The notes under the pieces: model-generated
Seen by the model: only the letters and a program-made list of their open reading frames with translations
What the model was told of the DNA's origin: nothing
Database searches by the model: none
In this document: piece after piece, positions 9,795 through 19,543 of the stretch
How the letters are laid out: every line of letters begins with the position of its first letter
Position numbering within the stretch: position 1 is the first letter of the stretch
IMG/VR virus record: IMGVR_UViG_3300001528_000425
Span: 32,001 to 96,000 of that record
Strand: one strand, 5' to 3'
Length of the DNA stretch: 64,000 nt
Origin: a virus
Lineage: Duplodnaviria; Caudoviricetes
Position numbers and translations under genes: made by a program

Positions 9795-9902
9795 TTACTG
9801 AAGTTCTGGGAGTATGGAACGATACTCCTCGACATTCTTCAGGGTTTGTCCAACGGAAGCATTCAGATCAATGATCGTCACATCCGAATGTTCATGATTC
9901 AT
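9795..9902 (-). CDS. Small hypothetical peptide (35 aa, MNHEHSDVT...LPELQ)
   Basis: aggagg immediately upstream (spacing unusually short); first ORF after the early promoter at 9945. Confidence 0.35.
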   Translation of the reverse strand: MNHEHSDVTIIDLNASVGQTLKNVEEYRSILPELQ

Positions 9903-9944
9903 TCCTCCTTGAATTAAGTTAACATTTAGCTTGGGTTCATAGTT

Positions 9945-9952
9945 GTAATATA
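9945..9952 (-). promoter_or_regulatory. Early promoter core TATATTAC
   Basis: TATATTAC-N5-TGAA. Confidence 0.7.
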
Positions 9953-10031
9953 TGTGTTATTAAGTGTAGAAATTTAAGGATCAGTGGTATGATATGAGTT
10001 TAAAATACGAACAACTATCAAGGATACTAGC

Positions 10032-12611
10032 ATGCGATTCTTATCACTTGAACTGAAAGGTTATTTGCCTCTCAGTCATTGTGGGACTCATCATCTCACG
10101 GCAGGATTTGAAGATATTTGCACAGCATTCCTCGGGAACAATGGAACCGGGAAATCTTCTATCTTGAGGACATTGACTCCCTATCCGGAGACTAGAACAG
10201 ATTATTCCAAGAACGGATACTGTAAGAAAGTCATCGAGCACGAAGGTCATACCTACGAGTTGATCTCAGACTTCAAGAATGCCACCAAAGCTCATTCCTT
10301 CATCAAGGACGGAATAGAGCAGAACATATCCGGAGCCACTGAAACGCAAACAGAATTGTGTAACGAAGCATTTGGGTTCAGTCAGATGATCGAGACACTC
10401 ACATCTGGCGGGTACGATATGTGCAATATGAAGAGAGCAGAGCGGAAAGAGCTGTTGATGTCAACATATCCTTCCGATCTTTCATTCATTCTGGAATATC
10501 ACAGGAAAGTTCGATCCCAGATCAACATGCACAACAATAACCTGAAGATGCTACGGGAACGAGAGCACACCTTGAAAGGTAAGTTGTTGGACAACGATCA
10601 GTTACAGGATCTTTATAAGTTCCAGAAGGATCTTAACGTATTAGCGAACGACATCGATCGTTTTATTCTACTCATGGAGCAGGATAAGAAGAGATTTGAA
10701 TCCGACCCACAGTATTCTGAAGCTCTCAGAAAGTTCAGAAATGGAGAACTGATCGATGTGGATGATCTCGTCCGACAGTGCTACGATGTCCGGAATCGTG
10801 CTTGGGCTTGTCGCAGAGAGCATCCGGATATCTTTACCGATGCGGATTTCTTCACGGAATATCGAGTAAAAGCCCAGGAGACAACTCGTCTGGAGCAGGA
10901 TATCGCTGAGAATGAACAGAGTATCCACAAAACCAGAGAGGAACTGGAGGAGTACGAGAAATACAAAGATCTCAACATCGAACAAGAATTAGCCACTCTA
11001 ACCAACCGACAGGAGTGGTTACATAACGAAATCAATAAACTTCACGTCGACGAGAGTTGTCCGAAATGGTCCAGAGAAACCCTGGAACGTGCTGAAGTCG
11101 AGTTCCCTGTATTAAGGGATCTTTGCATCGAAATCCACGGGATGAACTGTACCGTCTGGAGTAGAGAAAAGCTTCATGAAGCGCAGACCGATATCCAGGT
11201 AAAAACCAGACAGATCCAAAACATCCGGCAAAATCTCGTGGCAGCAGAAACCAATCTGAGGAATCTCAAAGCCAGACAGCAGAATGAAAACAACTATACG
11301 ATTCCTCGTGGTTGTGTGATGACCTGTCAGCTGAAGAATTCTGTTCTTAAGATGCAACAGAGGACGCAGTCTGAACTCGACAAATGGTCGTCTGAAGTCA
11401 GTGATTTAACAGACGCAATTACATCTCTTGAATCTTCGTTAGAGGAGTCAAAACAGGCTATCCAAATGCCCAGCCTTGCTATGCCTAAAATCGAGATGAT
11501 TCAAGGTATTATACAAGGCTATAACGGGGGTAAAACGGTCTTAAATGATCTCGATGTAATCGACGTGTTAAATGAAGATCCGTTCAGTATCTCCAATAAC
11601 TTCCTTAAACTGATCAACGGCAATAAGGTGATGATCACTCGTCAGGAATATGAGAAAGAACTCATGATGACCCAGACGAAGATCAGCGCCTTAAAGACCG
11701 CACAATCAGCCGCTAAGGAGTTACAACTGATCTCCAAAACCATCTACGAGAAACAAACAGCGTTATCATTGTTGATCCAACAGTACGATGGACAGGTAAA
11801 ACATCTTGAAGTGATGAAGACGAAATGTCAAAAGCTGAAAGAGATGAGCGAACTTGTCGAGCGTATCACGATGCTAACCAAGAATTACCAGGAGTTCTCG
11901 AAGGCGAGTTGGGTTATCGCTCGTATTGATTTTGATAATGAGATCATTCGGGAGTATACTGCTATTAAGCAAGTGGTCTACGAGAAACTAAGAGAGATTG
12001 ATACAACCATTCAAGAACAGGAGAATTGGTTAACTCGTCTGAACGATGAGATCATGCCGAATATTCGTTCCATTGAAGCAGAAGTGAAAGACTGGATTGC
12101 CATTGAATCTGGTCTGTCTCCAAACTCAGGTATTCCTCACGTCTACATGGTTCGTTATATCAACCGATTGATCACTCGTGTGAACGAGTTTATCAAAGCT
12201 GTTTGGTACTACGACATGGAGTTGGTGTATCTGGATGAAGACAAACCTTTGGATTATGGTATCCAAGTCATGATCAACAAGAACAGCATCGTCAAAGATC
12301 TAAGTATCTTGTCATCCGGTCAGAAGGCAATGGTATCGCTAGCATTCACATTAGCGATCTGCATGGACCGAGGCTACGCTACCAAATATCCGATGAAGAT
12401 GGATGAAGTTGATCCGGCTCTCACTGAAAATCACCGAATTCGGCTAACGAATCTGATTTCTGATTGGATACAGAACAAACAGATCACGCAACTGTTCCTG
12501 GTAAATCACTTTGTGATCCATACAGGTATGACAGATTGTGGAGTGATTTGTTTATCTACGGAAGGAATCGTGGTTCCAGCTGAATACAACAAACATGTTA
12601 CAATCAAATAA
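10032..12611 (+). CDS. sbcC: SbcC/Rad50-like SMC ATPase
   Basis: Walker A GNNGTGKS, long coiled coil with central CxxxC hook, signature LSSGQ, Walker B MKMDE, H-loop LVNH. Confidence 0.9.
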   Translation: MRFLSLELKGYLPLSHCGTHHLTAGFEDICTAFLGNNGTGKSSILRTLTPYPETRTDYSKNGYCKKVIEHEGHTYELISDFKNATKAHSFIKDGIEQNISGATETQTELCNEAFGFSQMIETLTSGGYDMCNMKRAERKELLMSTYPSDLSFILEYHRKVRSQINMHNNNLKMLREREHTLKGKLLDNDQLQDLYKFQKDLNVLANDIDRFILLMEQDKKRFESDPQYSEALRKFRNGELIDVDDLVRQCYDVRNRAWACRREHPDIFTDADFFTEYRVKAQETTRLEQDIAENEQSIHKTREELEEYEKYKDLNIEQELATLTNRQEWLHNEINKLHVDESCPKWSRETLERAEVEFPVLRDLCIEIHGMNCTVWSREKLHEAQTDIQVKTRQIQNIRQNLVAAETNLRNLKARQQNENNYTIPRGCVMTCQLKNSVLKMQQRTQSELDKWSSEVSDLTDAITSLESSLEESKQAIQMPSLAMPKIEMIQGIIQGYNGGKTVLNDLDVIDVLNEDPFSISNNFLKLINGNKVMITRQEYEKELMMTQTKISALKTAQSAAKELQLISKTIYEKQTALSLLIQQYDGQVKHLEVMKTKCQKLKEMSELVERITMLTKNYQEFSKASWVIARIDFDNEIIREYTAIKQVVYEKLREIDTTIQEQENWLTRLNDEIMPNIRSIEAEVKDWIAIESGLSPNSGIPHVYMVRYINRLITRVNEFIKAVWYYDMELVYLDEDKPLDYGIQVMINKNSIVKDLSILSSGQKAMVSLAFTLAICMDRGYATKYPMKMDEVDPALTENHRIRLTNLISDWIQNKQITQLFLVNHFVIHTGMTDCGVICLSTEGIVVPAEYNKHVTIK

Positions 12612-12617
12612 ATAACG

Positions 12618-12657
12618 CTAACTAAGGTAGGGATCATCCGATCCCTACCTTAGTTAG
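12618..12657. terminator. Bidirectional terminator (18-bp stem)
   Basis: ctaactaaggtagggatc/gatccctaccttagttag between convergent genes. Confidence 0.75.
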
Positions 12658-12661
12658 TTCT

Positions 12662-13594
12662 TTATATGGAAAATGTGACGGAGTTCTTGTCGTACTGGTA
12701 AGCAACCGTACGACGTTTACCGTCTTTCGTGAATATCAATCCGTTCTCTCCGTATTGATCAACTTGAACAAATTCCGGAGTAGTGCTGTTTGAGTATCTC
12801 GGAGATTTCACGATATCGTACCGGTATCCCTCCATACTCATCGGGAGAGTAACCAGGAATCGAAACCCTCCTTGTTCATTGCGATTACCGCCACTTACTT
12901 CAATGACGCCAGTGCCGGTTTTTCGTATGCAGACGATTCGCATGCAATCGTTGATTTTAAATACAGCCAGTGCACATTGCTGGTCACTGAGGAAAATAAG
13001 TTTGGAGCAAACTAACTCCGAGTCGGTTTGCCCATCGATCACACCGGTAGGTTCGGTTGCAGCAAGGTACAGTGCGATCAGAGTGTCGATGCGTTCGGAC
13101 GTCGGCAATTCACCGATGGTTTCGAAGTTGCGATCGTGAACACATAGACCAACGAAATCGATCATAAAACGTCCTTGTTCCAGTGCAGAAAGAGTGACAA
13201 CAGAAAGATGTCGCAGATCTCCTCCTCGCATCACAGAACACAGTACTCTGTTTCGACCACACAAATGGAATACATATTCATTGGGGTCTGTTTCTGATAT
13301 CGGACCAGCGTACATACCAGATACCTGCGGCCGTAATCGATATTCGGTTTCTCCAAGATCAGAACCGATCTTGATCCGTGTGGCATTGGTATCGAGCCCT
13401 ATCTGCTCATTCGGTGTATAGAACTTCATAACGAAGTTTCGATCTTTGATCTTGAAATTGAAACACTGTTCGGCGTCTGTAATACGCTCTCGTGTTTCTT
13501 CCAATTCGAATTTGAGATGACCTGATTTGTCGAGCGCGCGGGATGCATGGCATCCCAACGCTACACCAGCGTAAAGCATAAGACGGTTGAACAT
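12662..13594 (-). CDS. Hypothetical protein
   Basis: 310-aa ORF with RBS. Confidence 0.75.
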   Translation of the reverse strand: MFNRLMLYAGVALGCHASRALDKSGHLKFELEETRERITDAEQCFNFKIKDRNFVMKFYTPNEQIGLDTNATRIKIGSDLGETEYRLRPQVSGMYAGPISETDPNEYVFHLCGRNRVLCSVMRGGDLRHLSVVTLSALEQGRFMIDFVGLCVHDRNFETIGELPTSERIDTLIALYLAATEPTGVIDGQTDSELVCSKLIFLSDQQCALAVFKINDCMRIVCIRKTGTGVIEVSGGNRNEQGGFRFLVTLPMSMEGYRYDIVKSPRYSNSTTPEFVQVDQYGENGLIFTKDGKRRTVAYQYDKNSVTFSI

Positions 13595-13716
13595 AATGAT
13601 CCCCTATGTAAGTTGTTGGAATAACCTCGAATAAGCAGACAAGATGCAATACTGCGGAAATTGCCTAGCATAATATGTTAAATTATTAAAGAATAACCAT
13701 GTGAAGGAGCCGAACC

Positions 13717-14532
13717 ATGCATTCAACATTAACTAACATTCTGGCTCGTGTAACTCACACGATTCACCCTGAACTTCTCAATCTGGGTATGCGGATAGCC
13801 CAACGTTATGGAGATCCTGTCAATAACACCACTGAGTTCGTTCTGAAGAAGATCCTCCGTGAACGAGTTCTTTTGGACTGTAACATCTCCGGAGGTCCTA
13901 TCAAATACATTGTTCTCAGACTGAAATGGAAAGAGAACGTGTTTCCGGAACTTACTCCATATGCCATGGATGATGGTGGATTCGATTTGTATCGTATTCC
14001 TCCGGAAGCCAGAGATAACCTGCCACTGACCCAAGTGATTCGGGTTTCTTATCCATACAGCACAGTCGGAGACGTTGCGACCGTATATGCCAACGAAGGA
14101 CAGTATAGCGTTTTGGCAGCAGCCAATAGCATGCTGGATTCGTTCACTCTTGCATCGGAAGCGAACCCTCCTCTCTGTTCTCTGCTGTCAGGCGATATCG
14201 TTAAGATATTCCCCAGTCAAAATTCCCATATCGATTGGGTGCTGACCTGTCGTACTTCTTATGATGAGAATTTCTCCAACTTGGATGTCAGTGCTGTACG
14301 CACCATCTGCAAATTGACTGAGCTGGCAGTCAAAGCCTACATCCATACGAATCTGTATATCTCGATCGATCGAGCTGCTCAGGAGTTTGGTGTGGACGTT
14401 AGCACGATCCGTCAGGCAGTGGAAGACTGTCGCGATGCCAACCAGATGTATGATGAGCAACTGAACCAATGGCAAGGAACTGCTCTCATGGACCCGGAAG
14501 CACGAGCGATCTACACCATGTTCAATCTGTAA
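13717..14532 (+). CDS. Putative virion structural protein (phiKZ-like conserved)
   Basis: 271 aa, aaggag RBS; resembles conserved jumbo-phage structural proteins (from memory, not searched). Confidence 0.55.
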   Translation: MHSTLTNILARVTHTIHPELLNLGMRIAQRYGDPVNNTTEFVLKKILRERVLLDCNISGGPIKYIVLRLKWKENVFPELTPYAMDDGGFDLYRIPPEARDNLPLTQVIRVSYPYSTVGDVATVYANEGQYSVLAAANSMLDSFTLASEANPPLCSLLSGDIVKIFPSQNSHIDWVLTCRTSYDENFSNLDVSAVRTICKLTELAVKAYIHTNLYISIDRAAQEFGVDVSTIRQAVEDCRDANQMYDEQLNQWQGTALMDPEARAIYTMFNL

Positions 14533-14552
14533 CAGAATTATGTACAAAATAA

Positions 14553-14591
14553 CAGTTAGGGTGTTGGGACTTAGTCCCAACACCCTAACTG
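14553..14591. terminator. Bidirectional terminator
   Basis: cagttagggtgttgggac/gtcccaacaccctaactg between convergent genes. Confidence 0.75.
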
Positions 14592-14607
14592 CCCTATAGG
14601 AAGGTCT

Positions 14608-15867
14608 TTAGTTGTTGTAATCAAAACTCAGCAAGATGATGTAGAGGATAAATGCGATCTTCAAAGACGCTTTCGTCGCAGGTCTTTCTGATACTTTCAA
14701 GGTCTCCACGAAATTGGCAACACTCTCCTTTACCAGCAGAACACCAGGATCGGTGATGCGGGAACTCCGATACAGATCTTTTGCTTTGTTGAGGATAGCG
14801 ATTCTTACTTTCATGTCCACTGTACCGGAGAGGATACACGCACGATATGTCTTCTGGATGATCGCATCGATCATAGCGGCATACCCGATGATGATCTTGC
14901 CATCTTTACTCATATCATTCTGCTTATGTTTCTGGTATTGAACCAGAGCCATAGAACTGAACCCGAGGAGTACTGTTCTCATTGCATCCGGACGAACATT
15001 CGGTACCATCTTGGTGATCATATTGATCAGAGTGTGCTTGACGAACTCGTTGGCGTTGAGAGATTTATTTGTGATATTGGAGATCATGACATCATACGTT
15101 GCCACGAGATCTTTCACAGTTTTCTCTTCTCCACGAGTATCGATCAATGTGGAGGTACCGATACGATTGTTCTTCTGTAGATTGTCGTAGTACTCATTGA
15201 TCACCAACCGGAGTTTGGTGCGGATACGAGTCTGGGCATCTGTAATGATGTAGAGAACTTTTTGATCCGGAGCGAAGGTGAACAAGCTGTTGTAATGGAT
15301 ACTCTGCTTATCGAAGATATCCTTACTACGCGCTTCGATGATCAGTTTCCAAGTATTCGTCTCAGGTTTGATGATGTCGAATTTCTTGGACATCTGATCG
15401 ATAGTAGCTTGCATGACTTCTAAGTTAGCTCCATACTTCAATCTGTGGTTCACGACTGAAGTAAAGAACTTGTAATGCATCATCTTGAAGAGGACCATCA
15501 AGATCTGTTGTTGCTGAGGAACACTTACTTTTACGGAGTGTAAAGTGCAATAAGCTGCCCATACTGTGAGTAAATTGTACAAGTCGGAGATAACCTTAAA
15601 GTCCTGGTTCACCGACTTGCACTGTTTGATCGTTTTGCTGAACTCATCTTTGTCCACTCCAAGGATATCGAACAAAGCATTAACGTCTTTGTTCAAGAAG
15701 TGAACCGGATGGATACCGATCAAAGGACTGTTGAAAGCTTCCGGGTTGTTGTCCCGGACTTCATAGGAAATACACCACTTAACCAGTGCGTCGTGAACAC
15801 GTTTGTTGATATCAAGATTGCACCGGCTAAGCAGCAATTCTTTCAGAGAAAGATTGACTGATGCCAT
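14608..15867 (-). CDS. Putative virion structural protein (phiKZ-like conserved)
   Basis: 419-aa helical protein preceded by the putative late motif catcctatg. Confidence 0.55.
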   Translation of the reverse strand: MASVNLSLKELLLSRCNLDINKRVHDALVKWCISYEVRDNNPEAFNSPLIGIHPVHFLNKDVNALFDILGVDKDEFSKTIKQCKSVNQDFKVISDLYNLLTVWAAYCTLHSVKVSVPQQQQILMVLFKMMHYKFFTSVVNHRLKYGANLEVMQATIDQMSKKFDIIKPETNTWKLIIEARSKDIFDKQSIHYNSLFTFAPDQKVLYIITDAQTRIRTKLRLVINEYYDNLQKNNRIGTSTLIDTRGEEKTVKDLVATYDVMISNITNKSLNANEFVKHTLINMITKMVPNVRPDAMRTVLLGFSSMALVQYQKHKQNDMSKDGKIIIGYAAMIDAIIQKTYRACILSGTVDMKVRIAILNKAKDLYRSSRITDPGVLLVKESVANFVETLKVSERPATKASLKIAFILYIILLSFDYNN

Positions 15868-15909
15868 AATGATAAATCCCTGTTGGAATAGTTGTTATAC
15901 GCTATAAGA

Positions 15910-15918
15910 CATAGGATG
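15910..15918 (-). promoter_or_regulatory. Putative late promoter CATCCTATG
   Basis: Ends in TATG, the phiKZ late consensus; motif repeated upstream of structural genes. Confidence 0.45.
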
Positions 15919-15958
15919 GTTCCACTACCGTAGAATGAACAAAAAATAAAAGAGGACG

Positions 15959-15994
15959 AGGGAGGGAGAGGAGCATATGCTCCTCTCCCTCCCT
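15959..15994 (-). terminator. Perfect palindrome / terminator
   Basis: agggagggagaggagcat|atgctcctctccctccct plus T-tract. Confidence 0.75.
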
Positions 15995-16001
15995 GTATCG
16001 A

Positions 16002-16313
16002 TTACTCGATCACGTCGGCGACTTCATCGGGGATCGCCGGAACTTCCGGGACACTGGTGTCGCCGCTCTGGCATTTCTTCACGATGAGTGCGATGGTTCC
16101 GACCACGGCAACGGCGCCGAGAGTCCACAGTCCGATCTTGACGAATTTGTTCATGGGTTTCTTCTCCTTGGGTTCGACCTGAATTTCCGGAACATCGACG
16201 ACGATTTCCGGTTTCTCTTCGGTGACGGTCTGCGCTTTGGCTTCCTGTTCCTTGACCGCAGCTTCGATGTCGATGCCCTGTCCGAATTCTTTCTTCTCTT
16301 CGTTCATTTTCAT
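16002..16313 (-). CDS. Small single-pass membrane protein
   Basis: TM segment IGLWTLGAVAVVGTIALIV; aggag RBS. Confidence 0.8.
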   Translation of the reverse strand: MKMNEEKKEFGQGIDIEAAVKEQEAKAQTVTEEKPEIVVDVPEIQVEPKEKKPMNKFVKIGLWTLGAVAVVGTIALIVKKCQSGDTSVPEVPAIPDEVADVIE

Positions 16314-16372
16314 TTCTCCTAGGTTTGGTGATGGTAAATTGTTGTTTGGTTGTTATTGGTTAATTGTTGAAA

Positions 16373-16510
16373 TTACTCAGCGTCTTCAGTCCCTTCCGGA
16401 CCGTTGAAGTTGTAAGACGTATCGATCCTGTGCGTCTCGTTGCCAGCAAGAGTACCGGCAACCAGAAGACCAAGACCGAGTCCGACCATGAAGTAGCAAA
16501 GCTTTTCCAT
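16373..16510 (-). CDS. Small membrane peptide (45 aa, MEKLCYFMVGLGLGLLVAGTLAG...)
   Basis: Translated by hand; aagga RBS; first gene after the early promoter at 16574. Confidence 0.6.
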   Translation of the reverse strand: MEKLCYFMVGLGLGLLVAGTLAGNETHRIDTSYNFNGPEGTEDAE

Positions 16511-16573
16511 AATAAACAATGTCCTTTCGATTCGATTGTTGTTTTAAGTTTCTTTTTGGTTAACTTCACGAAT

Positions 16574-16581
16574 GTAATGTA
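16574..16581 (-). promoter_or_regulatory. Early promoter variant TACATTAC
   Basis: GTATACATTAC-N5-TGAAGTTA. Confidence 0.65.
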
Positions 16582-16616
16582 TACGTGAGTTTAGTTGATT
16601 GACACTAATGTTGTAA

Positions 16617-17037
16617 TACGAGTTCGATCCGAATAGATGTGAGGTAAGTTATATCCGGATGAGAGTTAGAGCAGACGGTACGATCGTGAACTTACCTCTA
16701 CACGATCACCGAGTTCATTTTACTGTAAGTAAATAATTACATCCTCCTAGCCATTGTATAGGCTAAGATAGGAATGATCACTTACTTACAGTTACATGAA
16801 CTACTTTGTTGCAAGCAAAATTCTGCTCTGTGAGTAAGATCTGCCTTGCCACGGCAGGAGCGAAAGATCCGTACCGTGGTGTAAGCTGTCTTACAAGTTG
16901 ATTGAATGTGGAAACATGCATTGGCATTCTCCTATCTAGCTTAGATCCTCCTAGGGTGCCGCTAGCACCCTAGGAGGATCGCACTATTTACATTTAATCA
17001 TAGGTAATTGCTTTCAGGGCGACTGATCGAACTCGTA
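16617..17037 (+). ncRNA. Large structured ncRNA, copy B (unassigned family)
   Basis: 13-bp terminal stem tacgagttcgatc/gatcgaactcgta; paralog of 6930-7275 with an extra 5' domain. Confidence 0.8.
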
Positions 17038-17044
17038 GTGATTC

Positions 17045-17191
17045 TTAGTTCAGGTAAGCTTTCTTACCACGTTCGATTAATTTCTCAGCCTTGCGATAGG
17101 CAACGATGGTCACTCCTGCAACAACGATGACACCTACAAGACCAACCTTGAAGAGTGTCTTCGCATCTACTAGTATAGCCATGCCTGTCAT
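17045..17191 (-). CDS. Small membrane peptide (48 aa, MTGMAILVDAKTLFKVGLVGVIVVAGVTIVAYRK...)
   Basis: aggaggt RBS; one TM helix followed by a basic tail. Confidence 0.7.
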   Translation of the reverse strand: MTGMAILVDAKTLFKVGLVGVIVVAGVTIVAYRKAEKLIERGKKAYLN

Positions 17192-17301
17192 AGTCACACC
17201 TCCTTTGAATAAAGAAAGAGGTCATGATTCATGTGAACCTAACCAGAGGTACGCCAATACCCGGAAAACGTACACGATGAATCATGACCAAAATTAATTA
17301 T

Positions 17302-17330
17302 TGTACTAACTTCACCTAAGTAATGTATAC
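17302..17330 (-). promoter_or_regulatory. Early promoter; 29-nt exact repeat of 20117-20145
   Basis: tgtactaacttcacctaagtaatgtatac on + in both places. Confidence 0.75.
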
Positions 17331-17348
17331 TCGAAAAGAAATGAATGA

Positions 17349-17381
17349 CATCTAGACGGAGGGTATCCCTCCGTCTAGATG
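17349..17381 (-). terminator. Terminator after terminase
   Basis: catctagacggaggg/ccctccgtctagatg. Confidence 0.75.
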
Positions 17382-17386
17382 CTTGA

Positions 17387-19489
17387 TTAAATGACAGACA
17401 TGAGATGATGCGGTTCGTAAGTTCTCATTGCTCTGGCTTCTCCTATGATAGAAGCTTGAACTTGTTCGATACCCTGAACCTTATTCTCATCATCGGTGAT
17501 ATCCTCATCCAGATAAGCTTTGATTTGACTGAGCTCTCTCTGATAAGCATTTCTGACGATAGCATTTTGCGCATGTGCGATCATCTTAAGCAACTCCTTG
17601 CCACGAGCCCGCATCTTGGCCATGCGATGCTTCGTCTCGATATCCGTAGCTTCACCTGTATCGGTGATGTTACACATGAACTCATCTGGTCGAATACCGT
17701 ACATGTGGTGGTTACGACCGAAGAGGACGAACCAGCAACACATCAGGTAGGAGATCAACAAGTCATCGTGACCTTCTACAGTGTGGTCAATACGACCATT
17801 GCGTTTAGTCAATCCCTTGAATTCATTCACCAGATCGATATCGTACAGACGATCTGCATTCAGCTGCAATGCCGTTGTCAATACGTTGCTGTACAGGGTA
17901 TCACGCGTGTTCGCTCCAGTGGTAAAACCGAAGTGTTTTCTAACCGTACCGCTTGCTAAATCAAGCGTTCTGAAGTCTGGTGTACTTGCATCGTGTTCCT
18001 GACAATACGTGTTGAAGATACGAGTGAATGGATTGAAGTTGCGATCTGCCGCCAACATCACGATCAAGAAGTCGAGCATCATAGCTCCGTTCTTGTTACG
18101 TTCCGGAATGAAGATGGATCTCGGAAAATCACTCAAGAACTTCTTGATGCATTTCGTCACGAATGCCATGTTGGTGGAGTTGCACCGGAACGTGCATACT
18201 ACAGACAGATCGAATGGATCGATCATAATGAATGTCGTATAATCGCGACCTACGTTATCTGATGTATCGGATGCCATCAGGTAAGGCTTGTTAACCAGAG
18301 ATGGATCTGCCATGATCTGCTTGGGATCTTGATACCAACGGATCATCAGTGATTCGTAGAACGTGCTGGTAACAGGTTCCTTAACTGAATGCACGGCACG
18401 TTCTATCAGTTCCTTCGGGAACAAGTTACTACCAGATCCATGCAGCCATTGATTGAGATAGTCTTTAGCGATCTTCTTGGGATCTTTACCCGCAGTCTTT
18501 TCTTCGAACCACTCTTGAGTCTTACCCAACTGCAAATGACTGTATTCCAGGTAGAATAGACGATTGTCGGAGTTGGTACGAAGTAAGTTGTTTACCTCAT
18601 CCACATTCTTGAGATCGTAGATCTTTTCATGGAATCGAATAGCATCGCATACCATCTGGAACGCATAACGACCACGCGGATCGTCAATATCTCCAGCCGT
18701 GGACGTAATCAAGATCGCAGCAGGACATCCAGATGCGATACACTGACCTTTCGCGGCATCCATAGCCGAGGTTGCCGTAGGATACGAACGATCCACGTTA
18801 TCATAGTAGCAGATTTCGTCCCAGTGCTCCCAGGAGATACTCTGACCACGACCTTGGTCTTCAGCCGCGGCTTTATCTTTTTGTGCAGTAAAGGTAAGAT
18901 ACTTGGTTGCCAATGCAGTATAAGAGATACCCTCTTTGTTATTCTCATCCGAAATAGACAATTCCAGTAGATAAGGAGGAAGGTTGTCTCGCATATCCTT
19001 AAGACGAGCCACGTTTTCGTGGACAAGCTTAGCACCTTTGGCGAACAGAGCAAATGTGATGTGATTCCCTGCAAAGAAGATTACCCAGGAAGCAAGACCG
19101 ACTGATCCGATGGTTTTACCGATCTGTCGAGGCATCGTCAGGAAGGTATTCAAACAGTTGAACGCACACCAAGCCTGTGCCAAGTTGGCACGATTCAGAA
19201 TATACGGAATACCACCAGAACCTGCAGAGCCAACCCTCACTACTTCTCTTAAGTAATACCAAGGATTGATCTTGCATTCCAATCCGATCCTGAGTTGGAG
19301 TTCTGGTGATAAGTTCTTGCTATGGGGATCTACCCCTTTCAGTTCGGGTTGCGTAAGCGCTAAGAAGAACATATTGTTCTCCACACCCATACGCTTCAAC
19401 AGAACTGCCATTTTGATGAAGCTCATGTTCCGAGTATCATAATCAACGATGGCACGTTGTGTTGCAAAGTCTTCTTGAAACAATATCAT
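17387..19489 (-). CDS. Terminase large subunit
   Basis: Walker A PRQIGKT, GRG, Walker B HWDE, ITSTAG, nuclease SDTSDNVG...ERNKNG...HDDL; start moved to MILFQEDF (aggtg RBS). Confidence 0.93.
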   Translation of the reverse strand: MILFQEDFATQRAIVDYDTRNMSFIKMAVLLKRMGVENNMFFLALTQPELKGVDPHSKNLSPELQLRIGLECKINPWYYLREVVRVGSAGSGGIPYILNRANLAQAWCAFNCLNTFLTMPRQIGKTIGSVGLASWVIFFAGNHITFALFAKGAKLVHENVARLKDMRDNLPPYLLELSISDENNKEGISYTALATKYLTFTAQKDKAAAEDQGRGQSISWEHWDEICYYDNVDRSYPTATSAMDAAKGQCIASGCPAAILITSTAGDIDDPRGRYAFQMVCDAIRFHEKIYDLKNVDEVNNLLRTNSDNRLFYLEYSHLQLGKTQEWFEEKTAGKDPKKIAKDYLNQWLHGSGSNLFPKELIERAVHSVKEPVTSTFYESLMIRWYQDPKQIMADPSLVNKPYLMASDTSDNVGRDYTTFIMIDPFDLSVVCTFRCNSTNMAFVTKCIKKFLSDFPRSIFIPERNKNGAMMLDFLIVMLAADRNFNPFTRIFNTYCQEHDASTPDFRTLDLASGTVRKHFGFTTGANTRDTLYSNVLTTALQLNADRLYDIDLVNEFKGLTKRNGRIDHTVEGHDDLLISYLMCCWFVLFGRNHHMYGIRPDEFMCNITDTGEATDIETKHRMAKMRARGKELLKMIAHAQNAIVRNAYQRELSQIKAYLDEDITDDENKVQGIEQVQASIIGEARAMRTYEPHHLMSVI

Positions 19490-19543
19490 ACGTACACCTT
19501 GTGTGGTTATAGTTGTTAGACTACTTGACGAGCTAGTCAACAG

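Noticed and set aside
16360-16569. 69-aa minus-strand ORF from the track
   Set aside because: Starts at the promoter/transcription start with no RBS; the 45-aa TM ORF in another frame has an RBS and a more plausible product
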